Position numbers and translations under genes: made by a program. A DNA stretch of 64,000 nucleotides from Trichosphaerium sp. ATCC 40318 (lineage: Eukaryota > Protista > Tubulinea): positions 310,001-374,000 of the forward strand of contig JALMLS010000179.1 in NCBI GenBank assembly GCA_038496445.1, in the 5' to 3' direction. The notes below the pieces were generated by a model, which had not been told where the DNA came from, ran no database searches, and worked only from the letters and a program-made list of their open reading frames with translations. The first letter of the stretch is position 1. Each line of letters starts with the position of its first letter. Below, one piece after another: positions 1 to 13,338 of this stretch.

Positions 1-137
1 TATTGAGTTCTTGTTTGTTTGGTGTATTTGACTTAAGCAAGCTTACAGGCGCAATCCGCATTACAGTATAGTACAACACAAGCTCCATCGAGCTTGGGAA
101 AGCCCTACATATTGAGCTTTTACGATTTTATTTACAG

Positions 138-1841
138 TTAACAGAAATCAGGTTCTTTGGGATTTTCTGAACAAGGAAAGTGACCACTCTGGCCACAGTT
201 TGAGTCGACTATTTCATAGTGTGGTAATCCAAGCCTTGCAACTTTTCCAAAACTTGAAGTTGCTGTTATGAAAGCCACATCAGATCGGTGAAGCAAGTAA
301 TTGTCACTAAAGGCCTTCACATACCGACCTTCAACTTCTATATTTAACAACAAGTAAGCCCAAACAAAAAATATAGAGACCAAAAAGAGAAATTATTTTG
401 GCTCACCGATGTGTCCTATCTCCAGTTCTACAAACAATAACTTCTCCCCAAGTAAGTTTTTCATCTTTTCTACTATCCAGGGCATATCTGTAGTCAAGAA
501 AACTTTAACTGGTCTATTTCTTGGGTCCTCAACCCTGCAACAATGTGCTAAGTAAAACAGTTGCAAAACAACTTTTTACGTACTTTTGGTAACATTGATA
601 AAACCTATCAACGTCAATATCACTTAACTGATTTGACTCATCAACAAACCCCTTACGTAATTGAAGGCCAATAATAAAGTGAGTTTCGAATACATCAAGT
701 ATAGGTTGTATAACACTCAGAACTTTGTCGGAAGGTTTAAATAATGTATCGTAAATAAGCCTAACAGATTTGTCCAGACCTCCTGATAACTCATAAAATC
801 TACTCATCCCTTGCTCAGGCCATCTCCAGTCATAATTCCTGACCTTATTTTTTTCACATTAATACACGCAAAACGCCTCAAAATGAAAATGATTTCAAGC
901 CTTCTTTACCGAGTTTAAAAAAACGTACACAAATACCCTTTGAAAATGCATCACGTGTACCTCCTTTTACAGATCTCCATTTATCAAAAATATCTTTTTT
1001 TATACTTGACATAGGCATTTCGTGTTTTACATTCAAAACAGGTCGACTAGTCCATCAAGCAAATAAATACAAAAACACCCTTGATTTCAAAAAAGAGATA
1101 AACTTCAATTACGTACTGTGATCCTGCTTGTGTGTAAGAAATTACCTCCCAATCCGTATGACAAACATAATCATTATCAAATGCTTAAGGAACAATTAAA
1201 CAGTCCAAGTAGGTTAACCACCGTGAAGGAAATATCTGTCTATCTTTCTTTACCTTTTTTAAATTCCATGTCAATTGGAAACTCAATCATATCGTTCAGA
1301 ATAGATGATACCTCCCAGTCAACATAGAAAACTCTTCCCAATGACATTGCCATTATCAGACTTGACGCTATAGAATTCAACCTATTACCCAACCCAGCAT
1401 TCTGTTGCCAAGCTACAAATTCTCGACTTGCACAATCTCTAGAGCTCTTGTCAAATTATCACCTAAGGATTCCTCTCCACGTGCACTGTACGTGATTGTT
1501 TCGAATGCCAATTGAGGTATGCATCAAGTATAGCTTCTGGAGTAGCATAAGCTTCTTCCTGGATCAAGACAAGTCAATCATTTCGAAGTATTAGGCTTTT
1601 TGCGGTGCGTTTTTTGGGAAACTTTGGGACGTACTACGAAGGGTAGAGAGTGTTTCCCTTCAGTGTATAGTGCAGCTATCTCAGACTCTATTACTCCAAA
1701 GTCATGAGGGTCTTCGTTAAAGACATTATAAGCGTAGTAGAGTATACACAAACAACCACAGATCAATAAAACGCGAACACAGTTTTGTACAGTTAAAACA
1801 CTCTTTGATGCTTTATCCTTTGTTGTATACATTGGTCTCAT
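138..1841 (-). CDS. Type II membrane alpha-fucosyltransferase-like protein (GT37/GT23-like), multi-exon
   Basis: N-terminal TM segment (VLLICGCLCILYYAY). Spliced exons give FVAWQQNAGLGNRLNSIASSLIMAMSLGRVFYVDW, IIGLQLRKG, VFLTTD and DNYLLHRSDVAFITATSSFGKVA, which are typical GDP-fucose transferase motifs. Start could be 1841 or 1832. Confidence 0.75.
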
Positions 1842-2245
1842 AACCCACGCTCCTACAGTGTAACACAAACTTTGTTTTTTTGAAAAAGTCAACACTAAAG
1901 TCACGTGCTTTAAACAACTCGCCATACGCGTAGTTCGCGATGAATTAGAAGGCTGTCATTGGTTTGTACAAGAAACAGGCGGAAAACTTGTAAAACAGTT
2001 CAACACAACAAACAACACACATAGTATACATACGACGCAAAGGGCATAACCAGACTTGCGTCATTCAGCGCTAGCGATCAAATAAAACATACTGGTTTGG
2101 TATCTGTAACCGTACAACTCTTCACTACGCATTGCGTAGTTAGTAAGTCGCTTTGTTCAAAATAAGGACGGTTATTGCCTTATAAAAACAAAACCCTAAT
2201 TTAGGGGCTTGAACGTCCTTCAAATGGTACTGTAACACTTCCAGA

Positions 2246-5132
2246 ATGCCATCTAACGCTATTGATAAGAGCATTAGGTTTCACGCTGTTCATAGAGCTG
2301 CTAGGCTCGGTCGAGTGGAAGCATTACAATTCCTCCTTAAAAGAGACCCTTCCGTTCTGCAAATAGTAGATAACGTGTCCTTGTCAACACCGTTGCATTT
2401 TGCAGTAAAATATTCCCAATTGGCCGCAACAGAGTTTCTAATAAGCCAAGGAGCCGATCCAAACGCTAAGGATGGTCATGGGAAGACACCAGTACACTGG
2501 GCAGCAACAAGACCTATAAGTGCCTTTTTAGAGCTATTTATCAACACAACAGCGGATTTCCAAGCCTCAGATGACAAAGGGAGGACACCTTTGCATTTTG
2601 CAATTCTATACGGCGCAATCGGCTGTTTGCATGGATTACTATCTTTTCTACCACAAAAGGCAGTAAACGCTGTAACAAAAGCAAGAAGATTTCCGCTTTT
2701 ACTAGCCCTACGTTATGGTAAAATAGAAGCGGAAGCAGTGCTACTGGACAGCGATAAGATAGACATTGGTACGTTTAACAAAAAACCAATTCGGGATTTC
2801 TGTTGGTTTGGAATGTTGGGTTTTTTTTCTCTTCTTATTTGATTCGATAGACGCTGTTGACTTTAAGATGAGAACTGCTTTACATCATGCTGTAAAAGCA
2901 GGCATGTTAGGAACAGGTACGGGTTCTACAAAAGGAGATATAGTCAAATTGTTTCACTCAATAAAACTTTTCATAGTGGAAGAACTCATTGCGAGAGGTG
3001 CTAACGTAAATCTACCTGATACACACGGTCGATACCCTTTACACTATGTACGTATTTTTTATGGATTTTGGTCTTTTAAGTTTCGTCAGTTCTCATTTTT
3101 TTGATAATTTTTTGGTTGATTTTCTACAGGCTGCTGAGTTAAATAAATTGGAAATGGTATCTGCTCTACTTAAGCGAGATGGTATTGAAATTAACACGTT
3201 GGATAACAGTATGTACCATTTTTATTTTTAAGTCTTTCTGTCCGCAGTATTGTTGTGAAAATCTATTTTCTCTATTGGTTTTCTTGTTTTATGTAAGTTT
3301 TTAACGGTTTTTTTATTTTAGATAGTGACAGTCCAATGCACCTTGCTTCGGAACATGGCAACATTAAGATGACTAATTTTCTTATAAAAGCCGGCGGTGA
3401 TATTTCTCAACGATACGACGCTGAGTACGAACCAAAATTATTTGCTTCTTTTTTTTTTTTGAACAAGTTTTTTTTTTTCACTCTTGGAGATCCCAGTGGT
3501 ATTATCCTTAATGTTGTTGAGGTTAACTCTTTCTTTTTTAGAGTACTCAAAAAAAGAAAACGTGCAGAGCGCGAGAGAATAAGAAAACAACAACGTCTCA
3601 TGACTCTTGACGATACTGGTAAGCCCTTCTTTTTTACTATTATTTCTGTGATGTTTTATGTATTAGTATCTCTAACCCACTCTATAGCCAGTGCAAGCGA
3701 GAAAAATAGCGAAACTAGTGAAAGTGAAGGTGTTAAATGGAACAAATATGGATTTATTGCTAAAGGGTAGGTTCAATGGGATTTTTAATTAATTCCTTGA
3801 ATAGAAAGTGTAACTCTTGTATTTTAGTGATGACTCTCCTCGTGAACTACGTAAGAATGGAAAGAGACAACAAAAGAAGGAAGTAAAGCTAGCCACTAAA
3901 TGGGTTAAGATTTTAAGGCGGCTTCGAGAGTTGAAGGATGTTGATAAAATTCATAAAGAGATATCTAAAGATGACTCTGTATGTTACCATATTATTCAAT
4001 CTTGTCGTGTTCTGATAGCTTTTAGACTCGTGATAAGCTTTGGAAGGGAATCCCATTGCAAGTTAAGGGGGAGGTATGGTGTTTACTAGCAGGAACACAG
4101 AAGATGATGCAGGAATATGGCGATGATTTGTATGAGGTATGAGGGTGTTTATTCTCAACCTCAAAGAAGAAAGTTATTCTTGCTTTTTTCTTACAACCAA
4201 TAGAAATGCTTAATGGGCACGATAACAAGACTTATTGCTAGCCAGATTGATGCCGATATTCCTAGAGCTGCTCAGACTCATATATTATTCACAGAACGAT
4301 ATGGTCAAGGGTACAACTTTATTATCTTCTAGGATCACAGCTCAAAAAACCAACTTTACAATTGCTAGTGCTAACTCTCTGTCTTTAGACAAATATCTTT
4401 ATTCAATGTATTAAAGGCATATGCTGTGTTCGATACAGAAGTTAATTATTGCCAGAGCATGGCAGATGTAGCTGCATTTTTCTTAATGCACGTTGAAGAA
4501 AAGGTATTTTCCTTTTTTGAACTTTCTTTCTTCTATATTAACTTCTTTTCAGATGGCTTTCTGGCTCCTTGTAGCTCTTTGCAAGCATCCACGATATCAA
4601 ATGGATTATTTCTATACTAAAAATTTCCCTGGTGTACATCAAGCAGCATATGTTATGCAGAGGATACTAAAAGAGTCAGAATCAGCGATGTTGGAGCACC
4701 TCGTACGTCCAAAATACAAAAACAAGAGTAAAACATTCCTCTTTTTTTCTTATTTTCTTGCTCTCTGACGTGATACCATAGAACGATAATAATATCGAGT
4801 TTGTTCCAATAATAATCCATAAGTTCTTGAGATGCTTTGTTACTTGTTTTAAAAACACTGAAGTAAATATTCGCCTTTGGGATATCATTTTCTTTGAAGG
4901 AACTGATATTTTGTATTCAATCTTAATGGGTGTCTTCCAGAATTTTAGACAAATATTAACAAAAGGGGAACACGATGATATTTATACTGTACTTATTAGT
5001 AATCAAGTTTCTATTGAAACAGATGCTATTATACACGAGATTCGTAATTGTAAGATTAAGTCATCTCGTATAAGGAAGTATGAGAAGGAATATCAAGAAA
5101 TGAAAGAAAAGGAATCACAAGAAAGAAACTAA
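2246..5132 (+). CDS. Ankyrin-repeat + TBC (Rab-GAP) domain protein, multi-exon
   Basis: Repeated TPLHxA ankyrin motifs (2246-3400). The TBC domain has both catalytic fingers, QIDADIPRA (IxxDxxR) and NYCQSM (YxQ), plus RLWDIIFFEG. Stop TAA at 5130-5132. Confidence 0.9.
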
Positions 5133-5427
5133 CACAGTATAGTATTAGTGAATTGTTCCATTAATAACCAAACAAGAAAATAAAGAATTACATCTCCACT
5201 CCCTACAATTTAGTTCCAATTGTCTGACACAATCTATTACAATGGTGATAACAAGATTAAAGAACAGGATAAGACCTCCGTTGAATAACCAGTGACTTAC
5301 GGTTTATTTATTACCTTTAACACTCATGTGTTGAAATGTTAATCTTGAAGACTTTGATACCCTTTCTTTTCGCTATAGTACAAAAAAGGTATAGATTGCT
5401 GTGCGCCAATACTAACAAAAAAAAAAG

Positions 5428-7532
5428 CTACACGTGATCTCTGTTTATTTGCTTTCTTTTCGTTTCAATCGCTTTCATAAGCATAGACTGTATGCTGTTA
5501 CTTGCACATGAAATAATATATGCTGAACCAAAGAAAACAATAGTGACAAGGATAGCATTCACTTGTTTTAATTCATCCATTTTAAAAAAAACTAGAAGAT
5601 TCTTTGTGTCACAATTCAAGAAAATATGATACTGAGCCAAGTACAACTCCAAAGAAATAGTGCCTCATCCGATTAATTAACAAAACATATTAAGAGTACA
5701 TCACGATCAGTAAAAGAACACAGTTGCCAAAAAAGAATGTGTTATTACAACAAAAAAAAAAACTAAAGAGTATAAAACGTACCAACCCATGCCAAGAAGC
5801 CGGAATAGTACTTCCTCAAAATAGGCAAGCTATTCCTTAAATATACATATGCTAATAAAACCAGAAATGATAGGTAAGGATGATACCTACAACAACAAAT
5901 AAACACTTACAATAGTTTGGTTTAAACTTTTTTTTTTGGCTCAAGGCAACGTTTCATTCGAACGTACGTGTTGTAAACAAACTTATCAGAAATACTAAGA
6001 ATATTACGCCAATACAAGTACAAGGGAATAATAAATATGAAGCCCATAAGAATCTTGATCTTTCTTTTTGGATATTTTAGATCGCTTTGTGAAAGAAACA
6101 CAAAACGTGATAATGGTCTCCATACAGCACCGAAGATCATACCAGCAATGAAATTAGGGTAATCTAGTTTCGATCTAAAATGCCATTCGTGCAAACTTCC
6201 ATTTATACCCAAAATCCACGTGAGTGGTGTAAAGACCTAAAAACTTTTCTTAACTAGTCACATATTGTCAAAAAATAATAATTTGTTTGTTTTCGGACTT
6301 ACAAAGCCGAATACACCTTCAACTTCGTATAGACAAATGCACGCCAATGTGCAAATAGTTATTTTACACAGAACAAGAGTTGTTGAATTATTCCAAGAAG
6401 GCATGATAGCCATTGTTGCATAAATCAATAAGAAATAAAATGTAAATATTGGGCTTTAAAAAAACACTTAGAGAGGACACAGTAATCAATCCATACCTTA
6501 TATAGTAAGTCATATAATAATTATTCATTATAGAAGACAAGCAAAGGCAAAAGAAATTCAAACGAAAGAGAACCTAAGGAAACAAGTCAACAGAAAAAGT
6601 TGCCAAAAAAGAGACTGTCTAACCTTTATAACTCGTTTACCACTAAAATCACCAGTCTTGACAAAATACATGAAGTGACCGAATCCTGATAACCTATTTA
6701 CATTACACGATGAGGGTTTGATATCTATCTTACCATACATAAGCACCAATAGTGAGCCGGATGCTTAAAACAAGTGCAACAAGTTAATAAACAATCAAAT
6801 ATTATTTGCAGTTTTCTTAGAACGTACTAGTTGTATATCCCCTTTGCATTGTACCAATGATACGCAAGGATAAGTACTGTATAAATATTAAATAACATTC
6901 TTAAGTATCAGAATACATACGTTGCAACCACCCCTTCCATTCGTTTGTTTGATTCCGAGACAACACTGGAGCAACTCCATATTTTTCTATTTCGAGATTT
7001 TCTAGTTAGCTCATTTTCCGTTATGTAGCGTACCTGGTTCTTTCCTTATTGAAGCGAAAGCACCAATCAAACATATAAATAGAACTATGGCGAATTCCAG
7101 TGGTAAGTAGTGTTTTGAGACAAACGAAAAGGCAGGCGTCCTATCACATGCAAAAATATATGCTAAAACGACACAATAGCAAGCTGCCCACCTACAACAG
7201 CTTATAACGCTGTGTTCGGAATAAAACAGCACAACATCACGTAAATACGCGTTAAATGCTAACGTGATAGTAAGCAGCGAAATTGTATGCGTTTAGTTTA
7301 TCACGTGCGCACAATTGATAGCTGGGAGATCATAATGAATCTTTTGTATTCCCTTGGCATTAAAACTGCTCTCTCTATCCTCTGGATCGATGAGTTTCTT
7401 ACTACGGCTGCAGGCAAGCAAAGACTCCAACACCAGAACAACCATCAAGAACGTTGAAATAACTATGAACCAAATACATTGTAAATATGTGATGTCTTCA
7501 ACGTCCAACACCCTGCGAAGAACGAGAACCAT
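5428..7532 (-). CDS. CAS1/RWA-family (Cas1_AcylT) polytopic O-acetyltransferase, multi-exon
   Basis: Spliced motifs LSRNQTNEWKGWLQLLILAYHWY, LSGFGHFMYFVKTGDFS, LHEWHFRSKLD and LELYLAQYHIFL. The 3' end is uncertain and may extend to about 5150. Confidence 0.85.
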
Positions 7533-7727
7533 CTCCAACGGCAAAAAAAGCCGAAACTAGTCAAAACGGGTAATTGAAAAAAACAAAATAAACACAAAAT
7601 TTGTTTTCAACAAATACAGAAGAATAACAAAGTCACTAATGCAATCACAACAGTTATGGATTTAATTATAATAGCACATGATTTTCTCCACATAAAATAC
7701 TGCCAAGGTCGCACAACAATACAAAAT

Positions 7728-8668
7728 TTATTGCGATTTCTCAGCTCTTGGTCGCTTGAGGACTTCTTTTTCGAGACGGCCTGGCCATACACTGACGAGA
7801 GGAACACCAAATTCTTCGAGTTGTTTGACTTCATCACCCATCTTGGCTTCAACAGCGACAACTGCTTCCTTGCGTAGTTTCTGGAGAGCTTGCTTGCGGA
7901 GAAAGAATTGTTTGCCACGGACTTGCCTCTTTTCTTCGAGAGCCTTGACGACACCTTGGTATTTCCAGCCAATAGTATTGGCGAGTTCGCCGAGAATGGT
8001 CCATTTACGACCAGGACGAAGGCGGTTTACGCTAAAATACAAAAGTGAGATTTCTACTTGAATTGCAAAATACGATTTAAAAGAAAAAGGCGCAATGGTG
8101 AAAATAACGCGTTTATATCGTAGTTGAGTAATTTTGATGATATTGTACCGGTGAGCATCAGGGACAAGGGCTCTTTTAGACTTTTGAAATTCGTAAGGTA
8201 CACCTTCGAAGACACGGAGTCTGCCAAGGGCGTTTCCTCCACGAGGGATTCTGTGTGGGACCATACCGCGTACACATCTGTAAAAGATCTTTGATGGAGC
8301 ACGGTAGTGTCTAGGACCATTTACTGGGTTGTAGTTTCTGGTTTTGTTCAACCAGTGTTGAAACTTGACTAGAAGGAATAGATCAGCTTAAAAACAATCA
8401 TCTAGCACGTACTTCTGTTTCTCAAGACTAAATAATGCGTTAGAAGTGGATACAACGTAAAATGAAGGGCGTACAATGTCCAGATATTATAATCTTTTCG
8501 CAACGCAAGACGACAACTCTTTTGCCGTTGAGCAATTGCTTGGCAACAATAGAAGCCAAACGGCCCATCAAATGGTCCTTTCCATCGATCACGATTTCCT
8601 TGGAATAAGTTGAGAAATTACGCCTGCATATAGCGTTACAAGTATTATCATACCCCAGTGTAGCTCAT
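7728..8668 (-). CDS. RPL13A: 60S ribosomal protein uL13 (L13a), 5 exons
   Basis: Spliced sequence [39 protein letters not shown]...[26 protein letters not shown]...LRVFEGVP. Includes a 15-nt micro-exon at 8413-8427. Confidence 0.97.
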
Positions 8669-8937
8669 TGCGATGCTTCTTCCTAAGTAACGATTAGAGA
8701 ATACTATTGACTCAAGTTTAACATTTCCCGGTTTTTGACGCGAAAAAACTTCGGCCATTTCTGGACAGTCAAACAGCGTACATTCATGCGTATTGCATAA
8801 CGTATATCGCCACAACGAAATTGAACTTGCAAACAGTATAATTGTCAAAACTTTTTTGATTTTTTTTTACAGCATTACACAGTGATGTAGGAACGCGCTG
8901 ACACTCGCGTGGTGTGTTTTGTTGGGTGCATGTCATT

Positions 8938-9511
8938 TTAATATCCGTAGTTTGCTCCTTCTGGTGGTTGGGAAAGGTTTTTGTTGTGAGGAGCTGCCAT
9001 TTCGCGATGTAGTTCCTTGAGAATTGTCTCCAAGGTGTACTCACGTTTCCAGTTTGACAAGACGTTTAAATTTACTACCTGCTGCTAAGCGTTAGTGGTA
9101 TTTAAATAATGGAGCGTATTCAAGCGCTACATACCCCATTTGAAGCGTTGACGCACTTCATGTTGATCTTGGAGTAAAAACGGACTGTAGGAGGCTGATT
9201 AGGGTAATTATCGCCACAGTGTACTTTACAACTATAAATGCGACCTTCGTGGCGTGTCTAGCAAAAGGTTATGTATAAAGCGTTATTATCTGCCGCATAC
9301 GCCAGGTGGTCCAATGATAGTACATTGCCAGGAAGACAATGACATGTCCGCTCCGTCTTCTAGACCATAAGAGATAGATCCGTTGCCATCGAGTCCCTTT
9401 TCACCTCTTTCGAGTTCTTCTAACAAACGAAAGTTTCGTGGTACTACAAATGCATAAGGGGCGAATTATAGCGATTTCCAATAGCCAAGCAGTACCTACA
9501 ACATCAGCCAT
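8938..9511 (-). CDS. MMS2: Ubiquitin-conjugating enzyme E2 variant (MMS2/UEV1), 4 exons
   Basis: Spliced sequence [22 protein letters not shown]...ISYGLED...[19 protein letters not shown]...[13 protein letters not shown]. Absent from the ORF track. Confidence 0.95.
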
Positions 9512-9649
9512 TTTTGTAGTGTAACAAGTAGAAGGTGTTGTTGCTTGAACGGTTTTAAACCTGTATTTTAAGTTAGGCTTTGAATCAATTCAACAAAACA
9601 AACACGGAGAAGGAAGCACGGCAGCAAATTCTTTTTTATCGTACAACAA

Positions 9650-10562
9650 ATGGAACAAGACGGCAACAATAGAGAGTCTGAAATACCGTATCCAGAGGCG
9701 GATTTATCACAGCAAAGATTCTCGCATGGTATGTGGGTCGCACAGTTCGGTATACCCGAACCAGAGCATGCAATGCATTATTTCGCATATTCGCCGTTTT
9801 TTGACAAGTCATGCGATAATGCCGCGTTACAAATGCAAGGCCATGAATTTGAACACCAGGAGGACTTGCTGTTGTACGTAACGCCAATCAATATCATTCT
9901 GATGTATTAAATACCTTAAAAGGAATATGAAAGGGCTGCAATACGCTATTCACCACGCAGAGAAGCTTCCAGAAGGAGGTAATTTAACTGTTCTACGTAA
10001 AGAGTACCGCCAAGATCGAGCAACGACAAAACCTGTATCGACCTTCTACCTCATTAACGCAGACTTTTATCAATCTCCTACTGTGAGAGATGTACTATTG
10101 TCACGTGTTGTACGTACATAAGCAACAAAAATGAACAGTTATAACCCAAATTTAGCATTGTAGCTCATTTCATGCCCATGAGGCTTTCAAAGCAATGAAG
10201 TCTTTCACTACATTTGATCCGCTCACCAAGTACAGTTGGCGAAAGGGCAAAGTATTAACGCTTTAACCGCCCTTCAGTACATAACAACTACATAGTTCAC
10301 TGATGAAGAGACAAACTCGATAAAGACTGAGGGCAGGCCATCACGGGTACATGACAGCCAACTTAATAGTATTTTTTCTACACTTGAAGCCAAAGTACGT
10401 CGCTCAATATACTCTTCTCATCTAACATTCTTGTAGTTTCCATTACGCAAGAGGGCACGCCTACCAACATCAAATTCAAAGATTTATTGACATTCTCTTT
10501 AGAAACTTGACGCAGAAGATACCAGAGAAGCTAAGCGGATGAAGATAAAACAAGAGTCATAA
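9650..10562 (+). CDS. MED6: Mediator subunit 6, multi-exon
   Basis: AMHYFAYSPFFDKSCDN, MKGLQY and FYLINADFYQSPTVRDVLLSRV match the Med6 pattern. Confidence 0.85.
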
Positions 10563-10777
10563 TGAGACTTCTTCAAAAAGTCATTTTGGCTATTAAAGTG
10601 TCAATATAGCCAATAAGCTTAAATAAATTGTACATAAGTATACTGTAAATCTTAGTCTTAACATTGGTGGTTGCTTGTTTTTATTTTGGAAAAATGCGGT
10701 GAAAAAGCAGTCAAAGGAAAGTAGTTATTCACCAATTTACAAAGCGGCCGGAGAATCATAAGTGGTAACTATACGCT

Positions 10778-12443
10778 ATGGCTACATCTCCAGAATTATA
10801 TAGCACCTCTCGCGTGTGGGAAATACATGACGTTCTAACACCAAAGCCACCAGTGCGTTATTTAGTTAATTATAAAATGGTAACGTAGATTTTAGGACCT
10901 CGTGACGGATGGAAGGTTTTTTGTGCGGTACGTTGAGTCTTTGTTTCTACATAGCGATCATACACTCTGATTATCCTCACACGCAACTAGCGAAGGTACC
11001 ATGCAAATGTGGAGTGATAAGGACAAGAAACAGAAACCAAGGCACTTCTTCCTGTTTAACGACATTATGCTCGTTTGTAAGAAGGAAAAGTCCCGTAAAT
11101 ATTGGTTGCGCATTCACATTACCTTGAACAGTCCGACTGTGTCAGTTGAAGAACAAGGACGTATCCTTATGCACCCTTACACCTAATAACTTGTGTTAAA
11201 CCAATAATCCTTAACTGCGACAGGTGAAATTCGCTTGTATTGTAGAACAAGAACCTTTGTACTTTTCCCTTATTCCCCTCAAGAACGCCAGTCATGGGTT
11301 GAAGGTAATCGCACAGGATTCGTTTGACGTACACGCAAGCTTATCTCATATTTATAGATATCATGGCGTCGGTTAAAGGTACCCACGATGACAAACGTCG
11401 CAAGCACGAGGCGAAAAAGAAAAAATCGAAGAAGGGCAAAAAAACAAAACTTGAGCCACTCAAGCCGCTTCCAAAGAAAAACACGCAACCGGATGTCGCT
11501 GTACGTGATTTAACTGGCATGTTTATAAACCTTATAATATCATAGGTTCCATTCCTACCTCCGCCTCCTGGTTCAAGTGGTAGTAGCGTACGTCAAACAA
11601 GTCTGGAGAATTTTATTATTCTTTTTTACAAATAACAAAACTGGTTGATTTTGGAAGTTTTGTTCTTTTTCTGTGCTCAGCACCAATGAACTTGGTAATT
11701 ATTTGCTTTGGTGAGTTACATCACATTGTATCTTAGAGGGAATAAGAAATAGTGACATATTTATTGGTGCAGAGTGGAGAAAAGACATTACTCCCAGATT
11801 TCTTCGTTTAAGATTTTTGTTTTTTACATTGTCTTACATAATTGTAGCAAACTAGAGTTGCCAACACTCGTCCAGCGCAAGCTCAACAGAAACCACAGCA
11901 AACTCAGCAAGTTCAACAAGTTCAACAAGCCCAACCTGCTGCACAACCAACAGGCAATTTGTTGGACTTAGGTTTTGATCCATTTGTACCTAAACAGCAA
12001 GCTGCTACACAACAGTACAACCAGCCACTGCAATTCAATCAACCGCAACCAGTACAATACAATCAATCCCCTTCTTTGGTTGCAAGTAACCCATTCGCGG
12101 GATTTAACCAGTATGGGCAACCGCCACAACAGCAACAGTTCCAAGGTTTGTTTGAATAGTACATTTCTAGCAAAATCTCAAAATGAAATAGGTCAACCAC
12201 AGGGCGGTCAGTTGAATTTCACACCTTTCCAAGGCGGTATGGCTCCAGCACAACAAGCACAACCAACTCAACCAACTCAACCAGCTAACCCATTTGATGC
12301 GTTCAGCGCTGGTGCACCAGTAAGTAGAAAGACGTCTTACGTCTTGTTTCCTTTATTTTTAAACTTGTTGATCACTCTCTAACTCTTTGTTTCAGAAAGC
12401 AACTGCTACAGTTGGAGGAACGAACGACTTGCTATTTTTTTGA
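10778..12443 (+). CDS. PH-domain protein with Q/P-rich tail carrying NPF, DPF and LLDL endocytic motifs
   Basis: Spliced PH domain DLVTDGRFFVREGTMQMW...RHFFLFNDIMLVCK...QERQSWVEDI. Tail contains GNLLDLGFDPF, SNPF and ANPF and ends NDLLFF*. Confidence 0.8.
11161..11223 (+). other. U12-type (minor spliceosome) GT-AG intron
   Basis: 5' site GTATCCTT, branch sequence TCCTTAAC at 11208-11215, 3' CAG. Removal restores the PH-domain frame (EEQG-R-EIRLYC); retention meets an in-frame TAA. Confidence 0.9.
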
Positions 12444-12599
12444 TTCCTTATGGGTTTTATTAGTATAATAACGCTTTGCGTTGTATGGACATCAAAATGC
12501 TTGTACAAAAAAATTACATTTTACAAAAAAAACACAGGGTTTTATCTTTGCTTTTTGGGTGTTTGTTTGGTTTCGTTAGAGCGTTGTGAGAAAGAAAAA

Positions 12600-13123
12600 T
12601 TATTTCTTTTTTAACATTATGTCAGACCAAAATATCTTCCTTTGTGCTGCTTCAGGGTCGCCAGTGAGATAAGTGCCATCATCTGCTGCCGCAAGGCGTT
12701 CTTGAGTGCGCTCAAATAAAATTTGTTGTTTTTCTGGTGGAGTTATGGTGTATTCCATTTGTTTTTCTATGGGTATGAGCCAGCCGAACTGTGAATAAGA
12801 TTAGTCAACCAACAACCGGAATTCGTAAGAAAGAGCGTAAATCGATTGTATTAATACGTGTTGGCGCTAAAAATTAGTTTGCGTACGTATTCTATGAGTT
12901 GTGGGGCAAATGAAGCAGTTCTTAGCTCCTCTGATATTCTCCACGCTACCAATGGTGCCGATACGTATAAAACAAGCCTCGCAACTTGAAACCATTTAAT
13001 GGCAGTCAGTTTACCCAAGCCTCTTGGCGCGTTTGCTGGTATATTGTAAAGTTTTGGCGTGAATTTAGGGTCTGAGACAGCACGGTGGAAGTTTTTCTTA
13101 TTAGGACCATCTGCGTCAGCCAT
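12600..13123 (-). CDS. PET100-like cytochrome c oxidase assembly chaperone, 2 exons
   Basis: FQVARLVLYVSAPLVAW and TPPEKQQILFERTQERL resemble PET100 (LEIFRMxxYxTFPVAMFW...PPEKLQ) as recalled from memory. Confidence 0.55.
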
Positions 13124-13338
13124 TTTGATAAATATGAATGTGTGATCTTTTTTAAGTAGTTGCACGCGTATAGGCTGTGTTGAGTGGTTTTATAATTATA
13201 CTGGTGTTCTTTTTCTGCTCTTTTAAGCACAGGCTGTCAAAGAAAGATGTTTAGACTCTGCTCCTGTTGTAATGGAAGTAGTGCTTTTTGTTAACTGTAA
13301 ATGTCAGTTATTTTCAAAAAAGATACCCTACCACCTTG

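Noticed and set aside
2191-2206. AAACCCTAATTTAGGG as a head-to-head telomeric fusion
   Set aside because: Only one unit on each side, next to a TATA-like site. At most a promoter motif.
8034-8151. snoRNA in RPL13A introns, as in vertebrates
   Set aside because: No C/D boxes with suitable spacing; the other introns are too short.
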